Positions 50,175 to 64,000 of a DNA stretch of 64,000 nucleotides are shown here, piece after piece. The notes beneath the pieces were generated by a model. The model was not told where the DNA came from. It saw only the letters and a list, made by a program, of their open reading frames with translations, and ran no database searches. The stretch lies in the NCBI GenBank assembly GCA_000708835.1, contig DF237435.1, positions 1-64,000 of the forward strand. Direction: 5' to 3'. This DNA comes from Klebsormidium nitens. Taxonomy: Eukaryota > Plantae > Klebsormidiophyceae. Position 1 is the first letter of the stretch, and every line of letters starts with the position of its first letter. Made by a program: the position numbers and the translations under genes.

Positions 50175-51951
50175 CTAGCTCTTGCTCTTAGAGTGCTTGA
50201 CCAGCCAGTCTAACGTGATATCGATGTTGGTTGCGTTCTTGCACGAGATGGTGTAGCATGCAATCTCCCTGTCCGTTATCAAGCGGAGGTCCCTGCAGCA
50301 AGGCCGTCCAATACGTTCAGATCAACACCCTCAAAGCAAACATGCCGCTAGAACGTGCACCCTGCGCACCAACTCCGAACACCCCTCCCAAAAGGAAGTA
50401 TGTTCCTTGCAGTTGTGTCGAGCGCAACCTGCCAACCTTGCAGCGCACACGAGTCCGCTTACAAGCCTTTTGGATTCATGAAATAGGGCGTAACTACTCA
50501 CAAGGCATCGATGAGTGCCCCGGTACTGAGGGCCTCTGGCTTGTCGTTCTTGTTCCCCAGCACCAGCAGTGGAATACCCGCGAGTGACGGCTTGCTCAGC
50601 AGCTCGTACAGCTCGTCCTTCGAGGTCTTTATGTTGTCGTGGTCGGCAGCGTCGACAACATACCTGCAATGCCCAAGCAATTGCAAAAATGCAAGGATGT
50701 CAGTTTACTTATGCGGCTTCTCATGGGGCTAGGGAGAAGCGATTCAGAATAAGGATCGATGGAGACCTCTCGAGTGCGCAAACGAACCAGCCACTATTCG
50801 ACCAGATGGTCAACTGGCTTTGGAACTGTTTCTTCTCCGCACAAATCGAGTGAAGGGCAAACCCAAAGAAGTGGTAATTTGCAAAAAGGTCAAGTGCCTC
50901 ATTGAGAAGGGAGTTGGACCAAGAGACCATCAACATGCCGCAGGGCTTGAGCTTTGGGACTCACACAATGGCCGACACCCCTCTGCAGTACCTCTCCCAC
51001 ATGCTTCTAAACCGGGGCTGGCCTCCCAGATCCCACAGTTTGATTGTGACATTTCCCTTTGTAACTTTCCGCATATTGAACCCAACCTGCTCACACGGAT
51101 TTCAAATCGTCAGCACAGGTGGACCGAGGGCGAAGCAATCTGGGGGCAACAGACGAACGGACATAGGACTTCCGCCCCCAGGAGATGAAGGCGAACAGCG
51201 GCACATCAAAGTTGGCTTCTGGCAATCAGGAAATGCAACACATAAGCTGCCAAGCGAACGCAACACACAAGGCCCAGACTAAACAGTCACATTAGGGTGG
51301 GATGGTGGTCCGACTAACCGTGGGAATCATGTCCTCGTCGTACCCGCCCGTCTGCAGGAAAGATGGCATTGTCTTACATGAACGAGTAAGAGCGGGAAGA
51401 GCTTGTAAACCCTTCTTCTCGAATTCTAACTGATGACTGATTGGCAGTTTGCTTACTTGCTGCTAAACATTCATTTGCACAGTCCTCAATATGAGATAGA
51501 TGCAAGACATCACGGCAGCTGCTGCAGATGGATTTGAAAGCTGCAAAAGGAGCCTCCTTCCATGATGTGCAATTCAAACCCCAATAAGCCAAGTTAGGCT
51601 GACCAACCGAGCAGGAGAGGGTGGCTTACCGCAATAACATTCACTAAGGAAGTTTTTCCGGCATTTTGAAGCCCGATCAATGAAAGCTCCATCTCCTGTT
51701 TGAAGAACAAGCTGGCCAACAAAAATAGGTGCCGTCAGAATTGTGACCGCAGTTGCTTACGCTGGCATTAGAGTCCGCAGATTAGGGTGATGAGAAGCGC
51801 CAGGTTGCTGGCTCACTACCTATAAGAAGCCCAAGAGCATATCCAGCCTCCAAACGCTTTGCTTGCAATTGAAACAGGGCCGGATCAAATCTATGAAAGC
51901 CAGCGGCGCTTACCTTCGTATCCAATTCAAAAAGGTATCCCATAGCCCCAT
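50175..51951 (-). CDS. ARL8: ADP-ribosylation factor-like GTPase 8
   Basis: Exons 51951-51914, 51711-51630, 51351-51319, 51086-50965, 50663-50502, 50292-50175. Translation [90 protein letters not shown]. Confidence 0.97.
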
Positions 51952-52761
51952 CATTGTGCCCAGAAGGTCCTGCCTGGTGCTGTCCACTGCCCTCCAAACA
52001 ACAGTATTCACACGTATGAATCGACTTTCTGTGTCTCTTTCCAACTTCTAGCTTTCCAAATTGTCACTGCATGTAACCTCCCTTGCGCCAAGGACCGTAA
52101 AGAATCTTTTGAAGGAGGCCACTGAAAAGGTTGAAAAGAAAGCAGATTTTCGTGCAAACTTCCAATGAATGCCCTTCCAACGTTTGCAAAGCGCCGCCTC
52201 TCCAAGAACTTTCGAAAATTGAGTTTTCGTCTCCTTCTATGGCCGCCCACAAATCAGCTCGCCGTCTAAGTTTGGCGTCACGAGCTCCGTTGAAAGTGAA
52301 GACGTCCAAGTCAGCAAGTAGTCGAACTCCTCCAAGCCACGTCACGTAGTTAGATTCACATCTAGCGCATGGTGGTTCTTGTGAATTCTCCAGATGGAGA
52401 GCCATTGCGCGCAAAAACAACCTAGGCACCTGTTCTTGATAAGTAGCTCTTGGGGATTCGAGGCCCTGTTGTGAAACTTGGAGCTTTATTATCGATGTGA
52501 GTTAATCTGAGTTTGCAACCATAGACCCATACAGGGACCCAAGAGATGACGGTATTACACAAACACTTGATATTAGCGTTTAAAATTTAGATAATACAGG
52601 TGGCTGGTTGAAACCGCATAAAGAACCAGTACCTTGTTGGTCCACAAGTGGACGCCTCGACGTTCTGATCGTCCTCTTTCTGGATTGCCAGGGGCGTGGC
52701 TGAGGCAAGGGCGCCTCTTTTCTTCTCCGAGCTTTCGCAGGGTTCCTTGGAGGGAAGGACC

Positions 52762-54819
<2,058 letters not shown>

Positions 54820-56060
54820 GCTGCGAGCTTTCGTTCCACTTCCCTTCAATACTTTTGCTGCCAGAAGAACGGATCCCTTGTCCCTCATCAACTTCGGTGT
54901 GCATGGAATGTCCCTGCTCAAGTGGGGTTACTACGCCATGCACATTATTCAAGCATACACAAATCCTTTACGGTTGCACTTTTTTATCTCTGGCGCGTTT
55001 TGGGTGAGGTGAAGTGAGTCGAAGGTGTCCTATGTTTTGGCATTGCCTCGACGCGACGGTTGTCTGCATCAAAGGCTTGATGTAAGACGGTTGGACAATG
55101 TGACAAACACAGAGCGGGCCTGCACTGACTGATGAGCAGTTGTACATATATACATTATTGCAAAGGGCAGCCTGTCATGCTTTTTGTTTGTACTTGGAAC
55201 TTCTCTCAACCATTCTCCATATAGTCCGAATTAATATCGTTCTCAAAGTTACACTCTCAGTTTGCGGCAGCGGTCCGAACCGTGCCATATATGTCCCATA
55301 CGGTCTGCACCGTCACATGCATATATCGCGCTCAGCTAATGTGCCGCTGGCACATGTATTGGCGCCTGTCTGCAGCCGGCTGACCGAGTAATGTCATGCA
55401 TCCGTTCACCCGCATCATTGTGATTGAGCCCCGGCCGGAGCCTGCTATAATTCAAGCCAATTGGCAGCTGTGTGATATTTGCACTCACGATGTACTGCAT
55501 GTGCCGGCCGGGCGATATCTGACTCATGCATGTCGCACCAGCGCCATGCTCATATTGAGTCAGTGATGTATCTCTGCGCCGGGGTTGGCGACTACTAACA
55601 ATGCACATGTGGCAGCCCTGGTCAACGACAATTCCACAATGAGACTTGGATCGTTGGACGCGGCAATATCACCTCAGTTGCTCATGCCACTGAGATGTTG
55701 GCGACAAACTGATTGGAATCAAATTGACTAGGCATGCGGCTAAGCTTCAAAACCTGTTTGTATGCTATTAAAGCGTGGAGTTTTGTAGCCTGGCACCTAT
55801 ACTAATGCACAAGTTAAGTTGCTCATGATACAGAGCCGCTTAAGCAGTCGCACTGACCTCTTTACTGGAGGCTCTGTGATGCCTATGATGGCGGCCCCTG
55901 GAATATTTTACCTGCATCTAAGGCCGCCCGGGATGTACATAGTGACTCTCCTTAGAAAACACTGTCCTTCTGCATTGCAAGGGCCTGCGAAGACTGCTTG
56001 CGCAAACATCCTTCCGCCCTTCATTCGCCGAGACTGCCAACAAAACATACACTAGATACA

Positions 56061-58840
56061 CTACTCCACACTTCTTCTCAGTGGACCAACCTCGGCCGGC
56101 TCCTCTCCTATCGGCGTAATACCACCCTGCTTATCATGCTCGTGCCCCGTCATATCCTTCCGCTCCGCCACCGGAGGTGCTTCAGTCCCGGGCAGGCGGA
56201 CCACCACGATCGGCACGCCGCAGTGATGCACGCAGTAGTCGCTGACGCTGCCCATGCGCGCATCGCGGCGAGAGGCGCGGCGCGTGGCGCCGAAGCCCTT
56301 GCTGCCCATCACGACCGCGTGGCAGCCGAGGCGCTCCATCTCCAGGCAGATGCGCTCCTTCATGTCGTGGTCCTGCGGGGCAGGGCAGGATGTGAAGAAG
56401 GAAGTGCAAAGACCAAAATACTGAGTACGACAATGTTCGGAGATGTAGAAACGTTGACTGGTTTCGGATACGTCACCTCGAGGGTCCACCATCTTAAAGG
56501 GAATGCGACTCTTCGTGTCAATTCTGACGATCATCGGCGAGAGCTTTCAAAAATGAGATTGTGTCAGAAGAGGCAGCAAGAAAACATGACAAGGATGAAC
56601 AGAGCGGCAGTCATGCAGGTGAAACTCTTTATGGTCCACATTTGCCAGGCGTCTTCGAGACGTGGTCTTGGAGATGGCAGTATCGGACAAGGAGGAGCAA
56701 GACTATTTGGACAGAACGGACAACGAAAAGGCGGGAAGACGACAGCGGGGCGAGTGAATGCACTAAGTTTTGAAACTCGTGCCCAGCTTTTAGATTGAAG
56801 TAACAACTGACCGCAGCCATACGAGGCACACCTCGTCCGACTGTTTGAAGAGAGCGCAAACGGAGAGGGCTCACTCAGGATCAGGGAGTCGATCAGGTGA
56901 AGGATGTTCAAAGGCGCCAGAAGCAGACCCGAAGAATAGGGATACTATAGGACCAGTGCAGAAGTGCTTGATTGCTGGTATCGTCGCCTATGAGCAAGTA
57001 GAACCATGGACATAGAGAGCGCAGCCTGCCTGCAGCCCCGCAGCAGAGAATTAAGAAACGGTTTAGATTCTAAGCTTTTGACTTCGAAACAGGCGAGTAC
57101 AGAGACAGAACTTTCACGTCAAAAGCCTTAGGAAACGGCCCGCACCTTTACAATATGTATCCGGTAGCTTATCCCCGCATCCTTCAGGGGTTTGCTCAGC
57201 TCCTCCGCCTTGCCCTGCATCAAAGAGCGACTACATGAGTAAACTTTGATAAGGCGAATGATCGAGTTATTCAGGGACTTTCGACCTTCAAACCACATTC
57301 ATCTTCATCGAATTCTTTCTGGCTTTCATCAACCTTAGTAGTCGATGCAGTAGAAACATCAAATGCAGCGGGCCCTCTCAACAAGTGACAGAGAATTAGT
57401 GGAAAAGGATGGACTACAAGGACAACGAACTTCTGGAGTGAAAAACCCGTCCCCAATTAACACAGTACTTTGGACATGCGTTAAACACATAGAGAGCTTT
57501 CACGGAGGCAGGGGCTCTTGAGGTCATTCTTTGGATGGGGAATCGACCAGGTCTCCTACAGAAATCAGGCCCAGTTAAAATCACAACTTCTGGAGAAGTG
57601 TGCACTATTGCCATGTTCTCAGCTCTCTCCAAATCATGCATGACAGTTCATGTCTGCTTCATCCGAATCCAGGGCGCGATCCTCCCAGAAGCAGGTCAAA
57701 GAGACTACAGAACACACATAGGCACGAAATGGAGAGCCAGGTCAAGATTACAGCGCATAAACCTGAAGAACAGGAGCAATGAAGTGGCCCAGTGAACATG
57801 CAGTTTCAAACACTGTCGCACACACAAGTGGGGTCACAACCTAAAGGAAAACTTCCTACCCAGCAGCTATCTCAAATAGTAAAACCAGACCAAACCTTCA
57901 TGACCAATGAGTCGAGCCAAGTCCACCTACCAAAGTCAGTGCATCAAACTCCTTCTCAGTCTCCTCCGTATGCCCTCTCCGCCCTGGGTACTGCGGTCCC
58001 CAATCAGCTCCATACAGGCCACTGGTAGGTTGGACATGGAGCACTATCACCTGCCGACATGAACTTCCTCATTTGGGAGGGCTGATTGTTTCCACAAGTT
58101 GTGTTCCTTCACCGAGAGGCCATTTCTCCTCTCACCATGTAGTACAGAAGAAGAGGAGTTCTCCTCACGGCAAACCGCACTCTGCCTGATTAATCTATGG
58201 ATACTTTCCTTGGTTTATGTATCGATACTGCACAGTTCAAAAAGACTAACACATCCCAGGTAGTTAGAGAGTAGCTGCGCTGTAAGCAAACACGAGAGTG
58301 CTTGACCAACTTGACATAGGGCCTTTCTCCTGCTTGACTCTAGATAGTGAAAATTATGAGGAGTGACTGACATGAGGATTGCAAATCAAAATCTCTGCAC
58401 GCCATGACAATATATCGAACTGTTCCTTCATCCCAACATAAAGTGCCAAACCAGATAGACTGGCCTTTACAAAACAAAGCGATGCAGGTTTGCAGTTTCT
58501 AGAATTTCGCACTTAATGCCACCATCCTTGAATTCTTGTAGTTGCCCCTTCTGCCATTTCAATCTTTGTCAAATATGATTGTAGCCACTGAAGAGCTTTT
58601 AACGACCTTTCAACATTTCAAAAAGAAAGACATTCAACTTCTCAAGTGTGCTTGTTTTGCGACTCTCAGATGGTTTGCTCTTTGGAAAGCAGAATAAGGT
58701 GGGAGGGCAGAAGCATGATACATGCTCACCTTATCAGTCTTCCTCAAGTAGTTCTCCACGGCCCACTGCAATGCATAAGAACTCTCTTCAGAAAGGTCGA
58801 CGCTAATTGCAATTCTTCGCTCTGTCGGGGGAATTGCCAT
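56061..58840 (-). CDS. Universal stress protein A-like, PHOS32/PHOS34 type
   Basis: Phase-0 exons 58840-58730, 58050-57931, 57214-57146, 56372-56061. Motifs RRIAISVDLSEESSYALQWAVENYLR, VIVLHVQPTSGLYGADWG, RIHIVKDHDMKERICLEMERLG, VMGSKGFGA, MGSVSDYCVHHC. Confidence 0.93.
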
Positions 58841-59831
58841 TGTGTATCACACCATTAGCTACCCTCCTGGGATCCCCCTCAGCATACACACTGTGCCCAG
58901 AAGGTGCACCAATCTTTCGGCACCAATTTGAACGCCTGAGGAGAGTCTAAAAGCGGCTCTTTTGCGCCCATTCACCCATTTCAAGCTGTGCTTTCTTAGG
59001 CAACTTCAACTTCAAGCTCTTGCATGCATGACCACTTGACTTGACTTGACTGGCGCTTCCGGCGCCTCGCGACCACTGGCAGCTGCACCAGCTGCTATCA
59101 ACCATGGACCTCTAGACCACCACTGAGGTAAGAAGTGGCCACCCTCCTCTACCTATGTAGGGATGTCGGAAGAATTTTCGGGGGTATGGCCAGTCTGTTC
59201 TGCAGCAAGTATCATGTAGTGAACGGCCCCCCAGCCAGACCCAAGTCTGTCAGGTTCAGAATTCTTGGCATTCGACGACCCCAGCCAGTTCGAAAAGGGA
59301 CTTCCACAGGTTTCCGTTTGAGCGTTACATCCCGTTGACTTTTCGACGAGGACTGACGTGGCAGGTTAGTCTGAAAACCGATGAACTGGTCAAGCGAGCC
59401 TAACTTCCCTCAGGACTGCGGAACAATGGCTTCCTCCCTGTTCACCATGGTTATGGCTCCCTCAAGCCTACCTCTTCGACATGGTGCACCTGTTGAGTGT
59501 AATCAATCAGGTGTTTCTTTCTTTTTCTTATAGAGCTGTAATGCTACGGAGTCTTCTGGGCTGAAAGCAGTCAGAGGCTGACTTAGCATTACACTCCAGA
59601 CTGAAGACAGGGGGGCTTGGTGTTCTGTCAGGAACCCTGTGGACACAGGCGTCTGCCCACGCCACCTCAGCTAAAGTTGCTTCGTTGTCATCTGGGCAAT
59701 GATGACTTGGACTCTTTGAGACCATTAGGCCTGGATTTGACAAAGGATTGAGACTGCAGTAGTCATCCATGTCTAGTTGCCAGGGGGGAATGCCAGGCAA
59801 AGTGTTCTGCACAAAGCAAGCACAGAACTTA

Positions 59832-60400
59832 GGCTCTAGTTTCACTAGCGGCGGACGGCACAAGGTTTTCTTTTTCAAATTCGCTGATTGGCTCCGGCTA
59901 CATCGGAACATCTCTACCGCGCTTCCACTAGCGGTTGTGCCGGCGGAACTCGAATAAAATTTGATGACGTAAGCGGCACAACAACTAATTAAGTTCGACC
60001 CTAGTGCCACCTTGGGTCGAACTAAATTGTTTTTGTGCCGGCCTCCCATGTGGTCCGATGGACCACTCACATAGCGCCAGGTCCTCAAGTTGGCGGGCAC
60101 ATTTCGCGCCAGCTACGGTGCACTCCGCAGAGTCTGCACTGGCAGCACAACTGCTCTTGACACATCTGTGGTGAAAGCAGAAGCTCGTCAGCCTTCAGGT
60201 GGCGCGGGAGAGGTTTAGGGGTTTGCCTGCCACCGTGGCACGTTTGGAGACTCTTGTGCCGGCGGTTGTGCCGCGACGCAGTTTCACTGGCGGCCGGCAG
60301 AACTGCAATTTTTTCGCATTTTTTGGACTTCCGGGCAAGTTCCAGGCACCAAATAATTAAATTTAATGTTGTGCCGTCCGCCGCTAGTGAAACTAGAGCC
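59832..60400. mobile_element. 569-bp non-autonomous DNA transposon (PIF/Harbinger-type, Tourist-like MITE)
   Basis: Perfect 32-bp terminal inverted repeats GGCTCTAGTTTCACTAGCGGCGGACGGCACAA (59832-59863) and its reverse complement (60369-60400). Flanked by an identical TTA at 59829-59831 and 60401-60403. Internal TGTGCCG subrepeats, no transposase ORF. Confidence 0.9.
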
Positions 60401-60489
60401 TTAGAAGGGGATGCTGCCAATACCAATGCCATTGCTGGACACCATGGACGGGCTGTTGTCTTTGCTTTTAGGTTGGGATCACCTTGAAA

Positions 60490-63400
60490 ATGCCTAGGAA
60501 GAGTGCAAATCAGAAGAAAGTTGCCAGCGCAAGCGCAGCCAGGTGGAAAGCCCAAAAGCAGGAGAAGGAGCTAGAGGCCTTGCGTGTAGAGGTTGCTGAC
60601 ACTTCAGTCACACTTGAAGCAGCTGCAGCCTCTCACTCCCTACAACTGACTCAAGAAAGGGCTCTTCATGCTGCTGAGATTGAGCAGGTTAGACTTGAAT
60701 GTGAAGCAAAGCTCCAAGAGCAAAGAGAAGAAAAAGCAGAACAGGTTGCTTGCCTGACTGAAACATTGGCAGAGTTGATTGAACTGCATGAAACTCTTCA
60801 AGCAGATGCTTTAGATTATGAGGCCCTAGAAGAAGAGCGTCTTGATGCAGAACTGCAGATTGAGGAGCTAAAGGGCTGCTTATCGAGGAAAGAGGTTGAA
60901 GTTGAAAGTCTGAACGACCAGATCGCTGTCACAGTTGAGCAGAGACGTTTGCTTATTGAATCACTTACTGCTAGAGAGTCTGGGGGCATAAGCACCGAAA
61001 AAGTAAGGCAGCTTATACTGCTCTTGATCAAGAAATCAAAAACTTGATTCAACAAAAGAATAGGATGGTCAAGAGACTTGAGAAAGCGAGGGAGCAGAGG
61101 GAGGCTGGTCTTCTGCTCAAACTCACTAATACAGAGTTGAAGTTGGAGCTCAAAGCTAAAGAAGCAGATCTGTTTGAACTTGAGGCAACTCATGCAGCCC
61201 ATGATCTTGAACTTCTAAAGCAGGCAAAGCAAGAAGCAGTGGATCAGATTGAGAAACTCGTGCACGAGAATAGACTATCTCGAGCTAGGGAGGCATACGC
61301 TAAGGACAAGAACTCTGAACTTAGGACTGAAGTGGAAGAGAAAACCCATCAGTTAGACGAAGCTTTGAAGAAACACAAGCAGGATCTAGAAAACCTTTTG
61401 AAAGGCACCAACGTCAACACTAAGCGAGGGCGCATCTTTACTGACTCTGTTAGGACTGTGTATTACAAACTGATCGCCCTCAACGTTCCAACGAACAGAA
61501 TCCATGAAATCATTAGAGCAATATTGGGGGAGTTTGCTCCAGATGTAAAGCTTGGAAACCTGCCTTCAAGAACCACTGCATCGCACTTCAGGAAAGAGTG
61601 CGTAGGACTTGCATATCAGCAGACAGCAGATATCCTTGGAGGGTCCGGCGCGCATAAGTATCAGACTCTAAATGTAGACGAGGCTTCTAAGCAGAAGAAA
61701 GGTTTTCTTGCGACGGTGCAGACCACCATCATTGATGGTCAGCGCAAGTCGTTCGTCTTGGGTTTGAAAAGGACGTTCCACAAGACGGCAGTAGGCGCGT
61801 TGGGTAACTTTGAGAAGTTGCTTGAGGACATTCAGCTTGTCAATAGCAGAAGACTGGGACCTGGGGAGACGCTCAGACTGATCGTCAACATTCTTGAGTA
61901 CACGGTGAACTCCCAAACAGACCGGGGCGCTTCTGTGCTCAAGTTTGTCACTGAACTCTTTCCAAAGTTCCGCGCAACTTTCCTTGCAAACTACAAGGAG
62001 GGGTGGGCCGACTTGACTCCTGAACAGCAGAAGCGTCTTTCAACAATTGTTGCGCACGATTGCAACAATCACTTCTGGCACAATGTTGGCGTCGCGGCTC
62101 TCAAAGGTCTGCATGACTTTGAGAACACCTACTTTGCTGAGGCAGCGGCGGCGGTCAGGGGCAAGGGGCATGCTTGCGCGGCTGAAGCTGCCGTCTGGGC
62201 GGCCATGAAGGACTTTTCTTGGCGCGCTTCCGAACAATCCGGCTTCGGGGCGCAGGTTCTCATTGAGTGGCTGGAGCAGATGACAGACAAGCATTTCGAG
62301 GACGCCGATTTTAAGGCGCAGCTCGGAAACCGCTTCAATGTGGTTTACGAGAATGCTGGTGGGCTCTACCACCTATTGGACGGCATCCTGGGCTTCTATG
62401 AAGGTTAGTCACTCTGGGCAATTATCTTCACTGAAGGATTAAGTGTTGTCCAGACTCATCAGTCAGTGTTCAGTGTTCTTTACTTGGCAATTGTCCGGGT
62501 AAGATAGTAACTTGGCTGGCGGCATCTCAGTCTGGGGTTGTGTCAGGATGAGTTGGTAAGGCACTGATTGCATTCAGCCAGTTAGGACCAATCAGAAGCG
62601 GTGCACTTAAAAGCCAAGAAAGTTTGCGTGTTCGTGAGCAACCTGTTTTGGTCAAGGCGCAGTGCACCTTAGTCTGGACAATAATTCTTAGTGAGCATTC
62701 TCTTTCAGTCAAGGTGCGGTGACTGGAGGATAAGGTGCTCTTGTTCTGGACTCCCAGCGCTCAGTTCAAAGATAGTTTCGTTGACAATTTGTTTCCTTCC
62801 TACAGAATCTTCGAGCACCTCAGCCGCAACGGGCGGCTACTTCAACCTACTCCATGTGGCGGTGGCTGCTCAGCTGTCCGATCCTGTCATCCAGGCACAA
62901 CTCCGCGTCATGGGCCTCATCAACGCCCAGATCTTTCACCCCTGGTTCAAGAGGATCCACCAGCATGGCAACATTTTGGCGCTGAACGCACTGTACAAGA
63001 AGCAACGGGAGGACCTGGCGGCGCTGGTGGAAGACCCGTCCCATTTCATGGACGGCTCTTACCAAGCACTGCCGGACCTGCCGACAACCAGAGACAAGAT
63101 TTTCGAGTCTCTCATAGCCCCAAGTAAGCTTTTTAACTTTGGTAGTCCTTTGCACTTCACGTGTCCTCTTGGGAAGTGATGACCTGTAGGTGCTAAAAAA
63201 TAAGATGGTGACGGGATCAGCGCGGGCACTTTGTTCAGGACATGTGCAATGAATTTCTCTTCTCGTCAAGCTTACCCCACTTGGCTGCTTCATTTGCGTC
63301 ATGGCGTTTTTGTGACGTCACTGTAGGTAGTCCACTGTTGAATTTGCGATGTCACTACAGGGCCACTTTAAGATTCCTTGTCTACTCCTCCAGATCACAA

Positions 63401-64000
63401 CCTTGAAGTCAGTTTGGCTCTGGCTATAGGGTGCTCTGATTGGTGTCGTCTTTCAGTCTGTGCGGATTCTCAATTCCGTCCGTACTGGTGATCTTCGTAA
63501 CCCGAACATAATCACCTTTTTTCACGACCTTTCTTCACAGGTGCGAACGACGCGATGGTGAAGGACATGCTCGTGTACAGCCTCGGAGCGGTGCTTGCCT
63601 ACCTGCAAGTGGTGAAGGAGCAGTACCTGCCGGGAGGAGACTTGTGGGAGCCGGACGAAGAGACCTTTCGGATGGCAGAATCGGTGCCGCTGCACACGGA
63701 TAGGGTAGAGGGGGTTTTCGCTCAAGTCGAGTCGATTCTCCGGAGGTCGCCGCGCATGAGCATGCTGACCGCTGAAGGGCAGGTGCTCGTCACTGCCAAC
63801 AAGACCATCGCTTGGTTGGTGAAGCAGGCGGACAAGGCGGACATCATCACAGCGGCGCGCAAAAGCGTGTCGGGCTTGGAGAAGAGCGCGAAAGACCAGG
63901 AGACCGAGGGGCGTGAAGACCGCCAGGCGGAGCGCGCGCGTGTGCTCGCTCTAGCGGCCCAGAAGCTTCTCGCCGAGCAGGTCGAACGTGCCCGTCTGTG
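60490..64000 (+). mobile_element. Intron-containing DDE (RNase H-fold) transposase with CxxH motif, hAT/P/MULE/Kolobok-like clan; frameshifted; truncated by the window edge
   Basis: Exons 60490-62403 (frameshift near 61000), 62806-63123, 63541->64000, joined by phase-1 GT-AG introns. Long coiled-coil N-terminus, then LNVDEASK (D1, 61677), QTDRGAS (D2, 61920), DCNNH (CxxH, 62061-62072), GNRFNVVYENAG, YLPGG and HTDRVEGVF (E, 63708). Confidence 0.75.

Noticed and set aside
57990-58020. Apparent frameshift in USP exon 2
   Set aside because: Re-reading the sequence gives TAT GGA GCT GAT TGG (YGADW), so the frame is intact.

Overview
Intron-rich eukaryotic nuclear DNA from a green-lineage organism. 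A charophyte alga such as Klebsormidium is my inference, from the plant-type gene set, GC-rich exons and CCCTAAAA repeats at base 1. The window probably starts at a chromosome end. I reconstructed 12 host genes with phase-consistent GT/GC-AG introns: a 2xDOMON-cytochrome b561 protein (+), ETF alpha (-), PRP6/STA1 (+), a very atypical Lon protease (-), TEX10/Ipi1 (-), a rhodanese (+), a VHL-beta-domain protein (-), a small Gly-rich repeat protein (+), plastid ABCF5 (-), ARL8 (-), RPL26 (+) and a PHOS32/34-type USP (-). They are followed by a 569-bp Harbinger/Tourist-like MITE and an intron-containing, frameshifted DDE transposase that runs off the right edge. The most unusual item is the Lon. 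It models as ~2,526 aa with all catalytic motifs present, has a transit-peptide-like plus hydrophobic N-terminus instead of the LON_N domain, and carries a ~1,650-aa in-frame insertion between the AAA+ and protease domains. Also notable are palindrome-dense islands that recur in the spacers at gene 3' ends. All exon models were read by eye and none is confirmed by transcripts or database searches.
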